The notes: generated by a model from the letters alone, not told the origin. Positions 49,925 to 62,847 are shown, counted from the first letter of the whole stretch. The stretch is DNA of 62,847 nt, filler included, from Octopus bimaculoides (GCF_001194135.2; 6 parts of 5 records of this genome joined end to end with filler, not necessarily neighbours in it); one strand, 5' to 3'. Numbers and translations: made by a program.

Positions 49925-50112
49925 AATCCTTTCTACTAAAGGCACAAGGCCTGAAATTTTGGGGGAGTGGACTAGTTTCACTGGTACTTAATTTATGGAC
50001 TTCGAAAGGGTGAAAGGCAAAGTCGACTCTGTGGAATTTGAACTCAGAACGAGGGAAATACAGCTAAACACTTCGCCCGGCGTGCAAACGCTTCTGCCAG
50101 CTCGCCGCCTTA
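49925..50112 (-). mobile_element. Family 2 SINE, older subfamily with deletions
   Basis: GAAAGGCAAAGTCGAC...GAATTTGAACTCAGAAC...TTCTGCCAGCTCGCCGCCTT. Confidence 0.8.
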
Positions 50113-50136
50113 TCAACAACAATAGTAATCGCTGTT

Positions 50137-50355
50137 TCTAATTTATTTCTTTATTACCCACAGAGGGCTAAACATAGAGGGGACAAACAAGGACAGACAA
50201 AGGGATTAAGTCGATTACATCGACCCCAGTGCGTAACTGGTACTTAATTTTATCGATCCCGAAAAGATGAAAGGCAAAGTCGACCTCGGCAGAATTTGAA
50301 CTTAGAACGTAACGGCAGACGAAATACCGCTAAGCATTTCGCCCGGCGCGCTAAC
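50137..50355 (-). mobile_element. Family 2 SINE, young copy running into a gap
   Basis: Near-collinear reverse complement of 48715-48921. Confidence 0.88.
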
Positions 50356-52520
50356 NNNNNNNNNNNNNNNNNNNNNNNNNNNNNNNNNNNNNNNNNNNNN
50401 NNNNNNNNNNNNNNNNNNNNNNNNNNNNNNNNNNNNNNNNNNNNNNNNNNNNNNNNNNNNNNNNNNNNNNNNNNNNNNNNNNNNNNNNNNNNNNNNNNNN
50501 NNNNNNNNNNNNNNNNNNNNNNNNNNNNNNNNNNNNNNNNNNNNNNNNNNNNNNNNNNNNNNNNNNNNNNNNNNNNNNNNNNNNNNNNNNNNNNNNNNNN
50601 NNNNNNNNNNNNNNNNNNNNNNNNNNNNNNNNNNNNNNNNNNNNNNNNNNNNNNNNNNNNNNNNNNNNNNNNNNNNNNNNNNNNNNNNNNNNNNNNNNNN
50701 NNNNNNNNNNNNNNNNNNNNNNNNNNNNNNNNNNNNNNNNNNNNNNNNNNNNNNNNNNNNNNNNNNNNNNNNNNNNNNNNNNNNNNNNNNNNNNNNNNNN
50801 NNNNNNNNNNNNNNNNNNNNNNNNNNNNNNNNNNNNNNNNNNNNNNNNNNNNNNNNNNNNNNNNNNNNNNNNNNNNNNNNNNNNNNNNNNNNNNNNNNNN
50901 NNNNNNNNNNNNNNNNNNNNNNNNNNNNNNNNNNNNNNNNNNNNNNNNNNNNNNNNNNNNNNNNNNNNNNNNNNNNNNNNNNNNNNNNNNNNNNNNNNNN
51001 NNNNNNNNNNNNNNNNNNNNNNNNNNNNNNNNNNNNNNNNNNNNNNNNNNNNNNNNNNNNNNNNNNNNNNNNNNNNNNNNNNNNNNNNNNNNNNNNNNNN
51101 NNNNNNNNNNNNNNNNNNNNNNNNNNNNNNNNNNNNNNNNNNNNNNNNNNNNNNNNNNNNNNNNNNNNNNNNNNNNNNNNNNNNNNNNNNNNNNNNNNNN
51201 NNNNNNNNNNNNNNNNNNNNNNNNNNNNNNNNNNNNNNNNNNNNNNATTTTGGGCCTTGTTCCTAGAGTAGAAAAGAATATAAACAATTATACAAAATAT
51301 AAACAATTATACAAAATATAAACAATTATACAAAAAATGCAGAGTTATCTCCCTTGGCCTATTTTATTTCTTAACTTTCTATGACGTCGCAAATTTAGGT
51401 AAGAAGAAATGGTTGGTTATATCGACCTTGGCACCTGACTGATACCAATTTTATCGACCTCGTTCTTCGCAAGAATCATAATTTAACTTGACCTCGACAG
51501 AATTTGAATTTCGAAAAATAATGAACTGTAACTAAATACCGCAGAACTTTTTGCCCGCTAATCTCCTAATTCTGTTATTCACAGTTATTTGGTGATGAAA
51601 ATGATTAATAAGAAGCGAAAAGGGGCAACGTAATTCTTATGACAGCATCGGTTTCTTCGTCTCTGTTTTCCCCTACCTTATATAGTTGGCATGTATCTAC
51701 CATCTTCTGTTCACCCACAGCTACATCAAGCTACACTCAACTTACACAGCTACTTCTACCGCTTCCTTATATTTCTTCCTATCACCATCACCACCATCAC
51801 CACCACCTCCACCACCAGCATTATCGTCTTCCATATTTTCTTACTTTGGTCGCTATTACCAAGAATATCATCGCATTTCTCACCTCTTCCTTCTACTCTT
51901 AAACACCACTCCTTCTTCTTCTCTTCATCCTTTTCCCCCACCTCTTGAATTTCTTCCTCATTTTTCTTACCTATTTACTTCCCTTTTCCTTCCTAACCTG
52001 CCTTTTACTCCCCGACGTCTCTAAAAATATTTCTTGTCTTGCTTTCTCGTTTTCTCTTCTACTTCTAATTTACATTGCTTGTTACTCTCTCCAAATTCTC
52101 TCTTGCTTTCTCTCCTCCTCCTCTCTTTCTCCTCCTCTCTCTCTTTTCTGTCTATCCATCTCCTATCATCTATCTATCTATCTATCTGTCTGTTTATCTA
52201 TCACCCCCACACACATCCTCTCTGTCTCTCTCTCTCTCTCTCTCTATCCACTTTCTTGATCTTTTCATCTCAATTTACTTTTCTTATGTCGTTATTACAC
52301 CTTATTCAATCATTATTTTTTCTTTGCTTATTTTGATATACACTCAGTTTTATCGGTTGGGGCAGCGCCTTCCTACTTTTGATGCAGAAATATTTAATCG
52401 TGCCAGTAATAAGTGGAAACTTATAGCTTATACCTCTTGTCTATTTCAGCTACCACCCTGCAAGAATGCAGATCTGCAGACTCGCATGCACATATCCAAA
52501 TGCTCAAACTGATATGTATG

Positions 52521-52565
<45 letters not shown>

Positions 52566-53007
52566 NNNNNNNNNNNNNNNNNNNNNNNNNNNNNNNNNNN
52601 NNNNNNNNNNNNNNNNNNNNNNNNNNNNNNNNNNNNNNNNNNNNNNNNNNNNNNNNNNNNNNNNNNNNNNNNNNNNNNNNNNNNNNNNNNNNNNNNNNNN
52701 NNNNNNNNNNNNNNNNNNNNNNNNNNNNNNNNNNNNNNNNNNNNNNNNNNNNNNNNNNNNNNNNNNNNNNNNNNNNNNNNNNNNNNNNNNNNNNNNNNNN
52801 NNNNNNNNNNNNNNNNNNNNNNNNNNNNNNNNNNNNNNNNNNNNNNNNNNNNNNNNNNNNNNNNNNNNTGTGTGTGTGTGTGTGCTCACGTAATTATATA
52901 TCAGGATTGCTAATCACAACTACTGGACCTACACTATCTAAATAATACAACCCGAACACACACGCGCACACACACACAGAGATATAGACGCGCGCGCGCA
53001 TATATAG

Positions 53008-53047
<40 letters not shown>

Positions 53048-53525
53048 GCACACATACACTCACACATGCGAACTCACACACATCACAGATCGTGTGAGAC
53101 AATGAAAAGAATAAGAAACTAAAGCGACCCCAAAACCAAAAAATTGTATGAGAGTTTAATCTACTTGATTCAGTTTCGTTTCTGTAACAAAAAATATTTC
53201 TACGAGCAGCAAAACTTTCGTTGCAATATTTTCAAAACCAAATTGGTGCGAACTTTGCAAGGAATCGATCGCAGCAATTGTTTTACTGTGGAAAGTTTGT
53301 TTGGTTGACGCTGTGGTGTAAAGGAATTACCAAAATACTGAATATACACACACATATGAACATATACACGCGCTCGCGCACACATGTATATGTATGTATG
53401 TATGTATGTATATATATATGTGTTTGTGTGTGTGTATGTTTATATATATATATATATATGCGTGCGTATGTGTGTATATATATATGTATACATATATATG
53501 TATGTATTTGTATATACATATATAT

Positions 53526-53568
<43 letters not shown>

Positions 53569-53759
53569 GTGTGTGGGGGAACGTTTATATATGTATGTGT
53601 AAGACGTGTGTATGAATGGACATATAATGTATGTGTGTGTAATTACATACACACACACATATGTATACATTTATACATACACATATATATGTATACATTC
53701 ATACATATATATATATATATATGTGCGTGTGTGTGTGTATGTAAATATATATATATATA

Positions 53760-53859
53760 NNNNNNNNNNNNNNNNNNNNNNNNNNNNNNNNNNNNNNNNN
53801 NNNTTAATTAATTAANNNNNNNNNNNNNNNNNNNNNNNNNNNNNNNNNNNNNNNNNNNN
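53760..53859. other. Artificial scaffold linker
   Basis: 44 N + TTAATTAATTAA (53804-53815) + 44 N. Confidence 0.95.
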
Positions 53860-54146
53860 TAGCCAATAAATTATAGTCGTACTTCAAAGGATAGCCTAAT
53901 CTACACATTTGTGCCTTTGACATTTCGTCACTTATTAAAAAATATTGAGAAGACATAATCTATTATTTTCCCCAGATTTCCCCATTTTTTAATTGCTTAC
54001 TTTTTTTATTACTGGCATATTTGAATTTATTTCAGTTCTTTAGATTTAGCTGCGCAGTGCATAAAATATTACTTAATTCATGACTAGTTGAGAAAATTGT
54101 AAATATGAAATTTAAACTATCCTCTCATTTACTAGCGTAATTTATG

Positions 54147-54211
<65 letters not shown>

Positions 54212-54489
54212 CTGATCTAGGCTATTCGCTAGGGAAGGAAACAAGAGTATGTCTTCTCTGAGGAGCAATCAACAACACGTGAAACACTGTCACATTCGCT
54301 GATCACGCAATTATATTGCATTATTTTATCTGCTAAGAACCGGGTATAACCGAGTAGCAACACAGAGACTAATTTGTGAACTTAGTGCACAATTAATCTA
54401 TTTTGTGATTAAGAACTTATTCCAGTTGTCTGTAAATTCATGTGTGTGTGTGTGTGTGTGTGTGTCCATTAATTGGTATAATGAGCAAT

Positions 54490-55500
54490 ACCTTCCAGTT
54501 AGAAGAATCTGTTAAGAAGCAATTTTCTGGGCTGCGAATGGGGTGAAACTTGTCAGGCCCTGTAGCAATTACATATATGTACTGGCCAGAGAGCAGGGCG
54601 CTCATCAGCTGCAACTCCTGTGCCATTTTAGCTACGTATGTTGATGATATCCGCATATTAACATCATCTTGTGTGAAGACTGAAAACATATACAATATGT
54701 TCAACAATATCGATGAACAAATAACATTTGAGGTGAAGCATCTTGATAACACAGGTTCCGTATCTCACCCCGATTTTGGATTCAAAATCACTCAGAATGG
54801 GTCCATGTCCAATAACTTTTACATAAAAATGGTGTACAAGAGTATATTTGTACATTGTAATTCATCCCTACCCATCATACCTAAGATGGCTGACATTAGA
54901 AATGAGATTCACAGGATACGCTATAAATGTAGCAAAATCCTTGACACCATACAATTCAAAAAGCTCCTTATGGAGTATGGATATCCCTTTCACAAAATAC
55001 CAGGACGTCACCAGGTCACCTTATAGAATCCACACATTCAAGGATAACGTGCTTTTTTTCATCTACGACTGCCACATTTTAACGAAAAACAAAAACAACT
55101 ACTGGTGTCCCCCATGTGGTCCATAAACAGGGACTCGATATACGAATAGCACACTCAGGAACTTCCCTGTGGATAACGCTAACTAAAATCAAGCCAAACC
55201 ATAACAACACCATATGTACACTGCCCATCTCTCCGATCAAAAATGTAAATACACGTCTCCATTCCTAAGTGGTATATACAATCACGTGTACCAGATGCAA
55301 CGAACTCTACATAGGAAATTCCATTCTACAATTACATATACAAATTGAGGGAAACCTCCATGCTAATGCTTCTTCCGTCAATAAACATCTAAAGAAATGT
55401 CATACCAAGACTTCCGTTTTCTTTGAAACTACAGAAAGAAACATTGGAAATTTCAGAATAAAGAGTCTCTACATCCTTAAGTAATAATAGAATGGAGTTG
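54490..55500 (+). mobile_element. Penelope-like element, 5'-truncated (RT C-terminus plus GIY-YIG endonuclease), decayed
   Basis: GLRMG*NLSGPVAITYM, YVDDI, FVHCNSSLP..KMADIRNEIHRI, then VYTITCTRCNELYIG...SSVNKHL. Confidence 0.85.
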
Positions 55501-56597
55501 CACGCAACTAATTTGTTGCTATGGAGAGACATTCAAATACATACATAGTACAAGACAGAGAAGTTAAGGAATACATTTTCTCCAATGATTTCCTGAGATA
55601 GTAATTCTTCTAAACCTCAAGAAACATAATACCACACAATACCATCAATCACTTCTATTTTACAAATTGCGTTTATATATTTGCAATAATGCTTTATAAA
55701 AAGTATACGTATGTATGTATGTATGTATGTATGTATGTATGTATGCATGTATGTATGTATGTATGTATGTGTGTATCCGAGTGTGTGTTTGTGCTTCAGT
55801 GCTTCAATTTTGTACCCGATCATCGCTTGACAACCTATGATGATTTGTTTACATCCTCATAACCTAGCCGTTCGGCAGAAGGTTCTGATAGAATAAGTAA
55901 CAAGATTTACAAATAAATAAATACTAGGTGGCTATTTCCAACTAAATCCTTCAAGGCAGTGTTACAGCATGCCGCATTCCAAATGGAAACGTAAATAACT
56001 TTTGCATGCAACAATCAATGCAATATCGCGAAAACATGCGTCATGCATGTATCCTTGCCACCATGATACACAACATGAATATTACAGTAGACCACCCATA
56101 TTTATTCCATAGCAAACTTCGGTAATATAAATGTTATACATCATACATACAAGATACTATTTTTATTGCTCCAGTCGTCATGCGATATTGCTTCAAGTTG
56201 CTAACTCTTCATCTCTTGCAACCTTCCACAAATATCTTATTGAATTTTTCCCTCGCTCTCAATATATATATATAAACATTCATATATGTGTATGTGTGTC
56301 TGTATTATATGGATAAATAGATATATGCATATTTTATGCATATATCTATCTATTTATGTATATATNNNNNNNNNNNNNNNNNNNNNNNNNNNNNNNNNNN
56401 NNNNNNNNNNNNNNNNNNNNNNNNNNNNNNNNNNNNNNNNNNNNNNNNNNNNNNNNNNNNNNNNNNNNNNNNNNNNNNNNNNNNNNNNNNNNNNNNNNNN
56501 NNNNNNNNNNNNNNNNNNNNNNNNNNNNNNNNNNNNNNNNNNNNNNNNNNNNNNNNNNNNNNNNNNNNNNNNNNNNNNNNNNNNNNNNNNNNNNNNN

Positions 56598-56633
<36 letters not shown>

Positions 56634-56967
56634 CATACATGTAAATGTATATGTAGATGCACGTGTGTATGCATGTATTTCCTAATATATCTGTCTAATA
56701 TTTCATCCTTTCCATACATATCAATATGTTATCTTATTATATTAACGGTTCCCCCAATACACAATGGCAGGGTAGTTCCATGAATGTTAGAATACTGGAA
56801 TAAATCTCTATTAATTCTGCTGAAATCCCGATGAGTCAAATATGCCTTCGCAACTAGGTTATCTTCAATATAAACTTACCTCCTCCCATCCTAATCCATT
56901 TCTGCGTATTGTATCCCAACATTAGTGCAACAACAAATATATACACAAATACACACACATATATATA

Positions 56968-57325
56968 TCTATATATATAAAAATGAGAATGTGTGTCTGT
57001 CTGTCTGTCTGTCTGTCTGCCTGTATGTCTGTCTGTCTGTGTGAATCCCTAAAACTCGAGAACTACGCAACCAATTTCATTCAAATTTTACACATGCCTT
57101 ACTTAGGGTTCCAGTTGTGTTTTAGTCAAAAAAAATTATTAATTTCTTGCAGAGTTCGAGCACACGGCAACATAATATCTCCTCCACTATTTAAGTATTA
57201 CGTGTCAAAAGTGAAACAAAAACACTCATGTCAAATACTTTCACTTTAAAAATGAAACTATTCCACTAACTGAAACAATCACATTTCGATACTGTAGTGA
57301 CAGATACTTTCACAGAGAGAGAAAG
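56968..57325 (+). mobile_element. Non-autonomous Helitron/Helentron-type element, 5' portion
   Basis: Begins A|TCTATATATATAAAAATG, has an internal (GTCT)n, then AAAACTCGAGAACTACGCAACCAATTTCATTCAAATTTTAC, the typical layout of DINE-1/Lep1-like elements. Cut off by the linker. Confidence 0.6.
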
Positions 57326-57425
57326 NNNNNNNNNNNNNNNNNNNNNNNNNNNNNNNNNNNNNNNNNNNNTTAATTAATTAANNNNNNNNNNNNNNNNNNN
57401 NNNNNNNNNNNNNNNNNNNNNNNNN
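57326..57425. other. Artificial scaffold linker
   Basis: 44 N + TTAATTAATTAA (57370-57381) + 44 N. Confidence 0.95.
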
Positions 57426-57456
<31 letters not shown>

Positions 57457-57462
57457 TGCAGG

Positions 57463-57622
57463 ACAGGCTTCTTTCAGTTTCCATCTACCAAATACACTCA
57501 CAAGGCTTTGGTTGGCCCGAGGCTATAGTAGAATACATTTGCCCAAGGTGTCATGCAGTGGGACTGAACCCGGAACCATGTAGTCGGGAAGCGAGCTTAT
57601 TATCACACGGCCAGGCCTGCGC
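57463..57622 (-). mobile_element. Family 1 SINE head
   Basis: GGCTTCTTTCAGTTTCCATCTACC...GCCCAAGGTG...GGGACTGAACCCGGAACCATGT. Confidence 0.8.
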
Positions 57623-57820
57623 ATATATATATATATATATATTAAGAGAGATAGAGAAAGAGAACGAGAGAGAGAAAGAGAACGAGAGAGGGAAAGAGAG
57701 AGAGGGGAGAGAGAGAGAAAGAGGAAAGATCCATGTGTCGATTTCTGTACCTGCACTTATAGTGATTTGCATACATGTGGATTCACGTACACTTGCATAC
57801 ACGTACGCACGCACGCACAC

Positions 57821-57851
<31 letters not shown>

Positions 57852-58257
57852 GAGGCACACACACATACACGCACACACACACACGCACACACACATAATG
57901 AAGTATTTTCTTTCGGCAGTATACTGGCTGATGTATTAGAATCTATGTTTACATTTCAATGGAGTAACATGAGTGGTTTAAAGTAAACACAATTCGCCAT
58001 TGTAACCTATTACTTTGAAGGCGAGGCTAATTGTTCCCTCAAGTTGGAATTTGAAACTAAATCAGTAATTGGTGTGGCTTCCTTCTTCTCTATCAACCCA
58101 ATATCCTCATCGCCGCCGCCATCACAGTTACTTCGTCTATTTCCTTTACTGCAATCGTCATTCATCTACGATATATTGCTAATGTGAGGTGAAGTGTGGA
58201 CTGGTTCTGTGTGTGAGTAAACATATACACAGACACACACACACACATGTGTGTGTG

Positions 58258-58340
<83 letters not shown>

Positions 58341-58442
58341 TTATATGTATGCATATATATGTGTGTGTGTGTACACACTCACATACCTATAAATATATAC
58401 GCGCACATAAACATACACTTATCTAGATATAAAGCAATGATG

Positions 58443-58492
<50 letters not shown>

Positions 58493-58494
58493 CG

Positions 58495-58569
58495 TATAGC
58501 CTCGGGCCGACCAAAGCCTTGTGAGTGGATTTGGTAGACGGAAACTGAAAGAAGCCCGTCGTATATATG

Positions 58570-58659
<90 letters not shown>

Positions 58660-58852
58660 TGTGTTTGTCCCCCAACATCGCTTGACAACCGATGCTGGTG
58701 TGTTTACGTCACCGTAACTTAGCGGTTAGGCAAAAGGGCCGATAGAATAAGTACTAGGCTATAGAATAAGTCATGGGGTCGATTTGCTCGACTAAAGGCG
58801 GTGCTCCAGCATGGCTACAGTCACATGACTGAAACATGTAAAGAGTAAAGAG
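58495..58852 (+). mobile_element. Family 1 SINE lacking the tRNA head, with a long (GT)n linker
   Basis: TATAGCCTCGGGCCGACCAAAGCC...CATCGCTTGACAACCGATGCTGG...GGCGGTGCTCCAGCATGGC...GACTGAAAC. Confidence 0.8.
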
Positions 58853-58856
58853 AAAG

Positions 58857-58892
<36 letters not shown>

Positions 58893-59164
58893 GCGCACAC
58901 GTGAGTGTGTGTGTATGTTTGTGTGTGTGTGTATACACACTCATATTCATACATATATACGCGCACATAAACGTACACTTATTTAGATGTGTGTTTATAT
59001 GTAGTTATGTACATATATGTATGTATAAATATATGTAAACAAATATGTACACACTTATACTATATGCACACGCACTTGCATATACATATATATATATTAC
59101 ATGGGAAAATGCGAGCACGAAAAGTCATATTCTTAAGATTTAAATATAGAAAAGTACAGGACAA

Positions 59165-59563
59165 GTTGTTGTTGTTGTTGTTGTTGACACTCCGTCGCTA
59201 ACGACGTCGAGGGTTCCAGTTGATCCGATCAACGGAACAGCTTGCTCGTGAAATTAACGTGCAAGTGGCTGAGCACTCCACAGACACGTGTACCCTTAAC
59301 GTAGTTCTCGGGGATATTCAGCGTGACACAGTGTGTCAAGGCTGGCCCTTTGAAATACAGGCACAACAGAAACAGGAAGAAAGAGTGAGAGAAAGTTGTG
59401 GTGAAAGAGTATAGCAGCGTTCGCCACCATCCTCTGCCGGAGCCTCGTGGAACTTTAGGTGTTTTCACTCAATAAACACTCACAACGCCCGGTCTGGGAA
59501 TCGAAACCGCGATCCTATGACCGCGAGTCCGCTGCCCTAACCACTGGGCCATTGCGCCTCCAC
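59165..59563 (-). mobile_element. Full-length tRNA-derived SINE (family 3) with a (CAA)n tail
   Basis: Minus strand begins GTGGAGGCGCAATGGCCCAGTGGTTAGGGCAGCGGACTCGCGG...GGTTTCGATTCCC and ends in (CAA)n; a partial copy lies at ~17075-17120. Confidence 0.85.
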
Positions 59564-60131
59564 TCAGAACTAGTTATAACACCTGTAAAAGCATATGACA
59601 AGCTATTCTAGTAAAATGAAGACTAAGAAACTTTTTACAAAATATTGCAGCAAATAATGCCAGTTCTTCTAATTTATCACTCTTTACAGTTTTCATTTTT
59701 TAAATTTATTGTACAAAACTGTTCAGCTAATTTGTAAGTTTTTCTAATTAGTCACTTTTTTCTATATTTAAGGTAGTATATTAGCTAAATTCTACTTAGT
59801 ATAGTGTTATTTGTAAACTAAAATAAAATAAGTTTTAATTAAAAAATTTCTTATTCTTTACTTTACTAGAAGTAATAGCTTGTCCTATACTTTTACAGGT
59901 ATAATAACTTGTTCTGTACTTTTCCAGATTTATAATCCTAAGAATATTACTTTTCATGCTCACATTTTTCCATGTAATGCATGATTTTTCCAGGCATTGC
60001 TGTTATAAGATAATAATGTGTCTATTAATAATTCAAGATCTTACCTTATAAACTACTCAAAGATAATATTTCAATTTTTCCACGTAAGTCATGATAATAT
60101 TTCAATTTTTTTCGTGCTTAATTTAAATATA

Positions 60132-60435
60132 TCAGGTCATCGCATAAGTTCTGTCCGATTTTGCCTTTTTTAAAATTGAATGAAATTTAATAGTATTTTA
60201 GAATGTCTAATAGAATTAAAAATTATCTTTATGCATTTGTGTACATTTAAACTAATTAAATATTATTTTACAGAATAATAGAATTAAAATTTATTTGATT
60301 AAAACCCTTTCTAACATGGAAGTATCCAAAGAGCATTTGAGGCTCATAATGCTTTATGAGTTCAAAAAAAGGAAACTCTACAGCCGAAGCATCCACTCAT
60401 TTTATGTGAAAGAATGCTTCAATGAAAGAACTTGC
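60132..60435 (+). mobile_element. 5' end of a mariner (TIR plus transposase N-terminus), cut by the linker
   Basis: TA|TCAGGTCATCGCATAAGTTCTGTCCGATT; ATG at 60316 gives MEVSKEHLRLIMLYEFKK. Confidence 0.75.
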
Positions 60436-60535
60436 NNNNNNNNNNNNNNNNNNNNNNNNNNNNNNNNNNNNNNNNNNNNTTAATTAATTAANNNNNNNNN
60501 NNNNNNNNNNNNNNNNNNNNNNNNNNNNNNNNNNN
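60436..60535. other. Artificial scaffold linker
   Basis: 44 N + TTAATTAATTAA (60480-60491) + 44 N. Confidence 0.95.
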
Positions 60536-60999
60536 TATATATATATATATATATAAATATAAATATTATTACAATACAATACAATACAATACAATAATAT
60601 TATTTTCCAGCAAAATAAAGCACCATAAAGGTAAAATTATAAATAGGAAATAGTGGCACAACAAGGTACCAATTTTTGCTGGAAATAGCAATCAATAATC
60701 GTTCGATGCTAGGTAAAGCTTCACTGAATGTATAGAGGCAAAGATGTGTGCAGATGGTGAATATAATAAAATTTTCATCTTACCTCTAGGAGGAACGCCA
60801 GAGAAATGGACAACCTAGTCCTCAAGTTTTGAACTTTTCAGAATATGTTTGTTATTGTAAAATTGGTTGGTTCTCATCAGCTAGGTCCACCAATGAGACT
60901 AAATTTAAAATATCTGCTACATCAATGCCTGTATGCTCAGCCAGTAGCCCCAGCCATAAACAGAACTGAAATCAGTGAATATATATACACACACACACG

Positions 61000-61330
61000 G
61001 TTCAGTGATTAGAGCATCAGGCTCACAATTGGGAGGTAGTGAGTTCAGTTCCCAGACCGAGCTGCATATTGTGTTCTTGAGCAAGACACTTTATTTCACA
61101 TTGCTCCAGTTCACTCAGCTGTAGAAATGAGTTGCAACGTCACTGGTACCAAGCTGTATTGGCCTTTGCCTTTCCTTTGGCTAGCGCCAATGGCATGAAG
61201 TGGGGAGGCTAGTATGCATGGGCGACTGCTGGTCTTCCGTAAACAACCTTGCCTGGGCTTGTACCTCAGAGAGTAACTTTCTAGGTGCAATCTCATGGTT
61301 ATTCATGACTGAAGTTGGTCTTTACCCATT
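61000..61330 (+). mobile_element. tRNA-derived SINE with a conserved central domain
   Basis: CAGTGATTAGAGC...GAGTTCAGTTCCC...TTGTGTTCTTGAGCAAGACACTTTATTTCACATTGCTCCAGTTCACTCAGCTG. Confidence 0.75.
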
Positions 61331-61789
61331 TATATATATATATTTATATATATCTATATACTGTTGTGTCTGGGGAGAGTCATTTTCTTTTGGTGCCTTA
61401 TAATTTAAAACACTCACCGATAAAATTTCCACATATTTCTTTTTTATTTTTCTAAAATTATCGTTGCATCTTGCAACCTTTTCAGTAGTTCTGACTCTCA
61501 AAACTATTGAAACAACAGAACATGCTTCAACACACAAACTCACATAAAGAATCTTGCAAACCAAATCCCAATTCTTCGAAACGCCGGGGTTTTAATGGTG
61601 GCAGCTGATGAAGGGGATGTTTCTATGTGGCCTACTTGTTTGTTGCACCTTGTTTACCATTTTGTCCATGTTCTTTTGCCACGTCATGTACCCAGTTATG
61701 TATCTCTATGTACATGTGGATGAAGGTATATACATACATGTACATACATATGCATATACTCATATATTGTTTATATATATATATATATA

Positions 61790-62002
61790 TATATTGGTTT
61801 CGAATTTTAATACAAGGCCAGCAAGTTCAAGGGAGGGGGTAAATCAATTATATTGACCTCAACTGGCACTTATTTTATCAACCCCCCTATAGGATGAAAG
61901 GCAAAGTCAACCTCAACAGAATTTGAACTCAGAACGTAAAGACAGACGAAATGCTGCTAAGCATTTTGCCTGGCATGCTAACGATTCTGCCAGCTTGTCA
62001 CT
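61790..62002 (-). mobile_element. Family 2 SINE, older copy
   Basis: GGATGAAAGGCAAAGTCAACCTC...GAATTTGAACTCAGAACGTAAAGACAGACGAAATG...ATTCTGCCAGCT. Confidence 0.8.
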
Positions 62003-62017
62003 TTATATTTACATATA

Positions 62018-62262
62018 TATACATTAGAAAGAAAGAACAAACAGGTAAAACATGTAGTATCAACATGGAACATGGAATTTATAATTCAGACATAATTGCA
62101 GAGTTCTTAGAGTAAATAAGGGATTAAGAAATTGTGCATAAGAGACTTTATTCACAATTTCTTAATCCATTATTTACGCTGCAATTCTGTTTGAATTATG
62201 AATTTGTTGCTCTAGAGTGACACCACATATTTTGCCTGTTCATTCTTTCTTTCTAATGTATA
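62018..62262. mobile_element. Fold-back (palindromic) MITE, ~245 bp
   Basis: The left arm TATACATTAGAAAGAAAGAACAAACAGGTAAAACATGTAGTATCA...GGATTAAGAAATTGTG pairs with the right arm CACAATTTCTTAATCC...GACACCACATATTTTGCCTGTTCATTCTTTCTTTCTAATGTATA, with a loop near 62140. Confidence 0.8.
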
Positions 62263-62847
62263 CCTACCTGCTCAATGATGAACCCAGCTGCTACACCACT
62301 TTTGTTTTAGTCGCAGTTCAGGTCAGAGTTTTTGGTGGTAAACCAACCTGAGCACTTATTGTATATACCTATAACATTATGTCATTAGATGCAGTTTTAC
62401 CTGTACAATATATGTGTGTATATGTGTGTATTTATATATATGTGTATATATGTATATTGTTGGTTGATATATATATTTATTTATTTTAATTATTGACCTG
62501 ATGATTAGCTATATTTTTGAATAGAATTTATTTTCGATAATTTCAATTGATTTTAATCGATTTAAATTTCCTTTTTATTTGAAAATTAGTTATGAAACAC
62601 GTGTAGTCATTTTATTATCTTTATCTTATGATATTTACTTTGTTTTATATTATACTCATTAATTTGCTTTTAATTATTAATTTTTCTATATGTGATAGTG
62701 GATTTTCATCGATGAGTTCTTGAAACTTGGTTTTTTTCCCTAAAACTATATATTTTATATATATTTTATCTATAAAGCTCAAATTAATTTTAATTTTTTA
62801 TAAATTGATTTTAATTGAGTTTTTACCTGTAATTTTGGATTTTGTCC

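Noticed and set aside
59490-59563. tRNA gene (also the heads at 9793-9870, 45545, 48696 and 61000)
   Set aside because: A and B boxes are present, but there is no complete cloverleaf or acceptor stem, and each continues into a SINE body found in multiple copies.
61571-61620. Type II hammerhead permutation (GAAAC upstream of CTGATGA)
   Set aside because: Stem I cannot close: GCAG before the core has no partner after the putative cleavage site.

Overview
AT-rich eukaryotic DNA dense in microsatellites, most likely from an octopus (coleoid cephalopod). That call is an inference from the SINE repertoire and the tandem C2H2 zinc-finger genes. The window is a patchwork of six pieces joined by five identical artificial 100-bp linkers (44 N + TTAATTAATTAA + 44 N), so adjacency across those joins is not proven. 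The only convincing host genes are a minus-strand cluster of three paralogous C2H2 ZNF loci in the 20.6-43.7 kb piece: one open 347-aa ORF and two pseudogenes. The rest is mostly mobile DNA: several mariners (two nested), a POGK/Passer-like DD35D pogo, a maT-like remnant, a deleted Merlin-like element, a tentative Sola-like remnant, three RTE LINE fragments, a Penelope fragment, the 3' end of a Dong/R4-like element in (TAA)n, a Helitron-type non-autonomous element, MITEs, many tRNA-derived SINEs and a ~3 kb segmental duplication. Two observations stand out. (1) A full-length mariner with a fully open 356-aa transposase carrying a DD34N triad (the same change as in SETMAR) sits in sense orientation in the 5'UTR part of the last exon of a dead ZNF gene, which makes it a candidate for promoter capture or domestication. 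(2) Minimal type I hammerhead-ribozyme motifs occur in several unrelated repeats, including one with an intact core and one carried by a tRNA-headed SINE. No CRISPR, rRNA or true tRNA genes were found.
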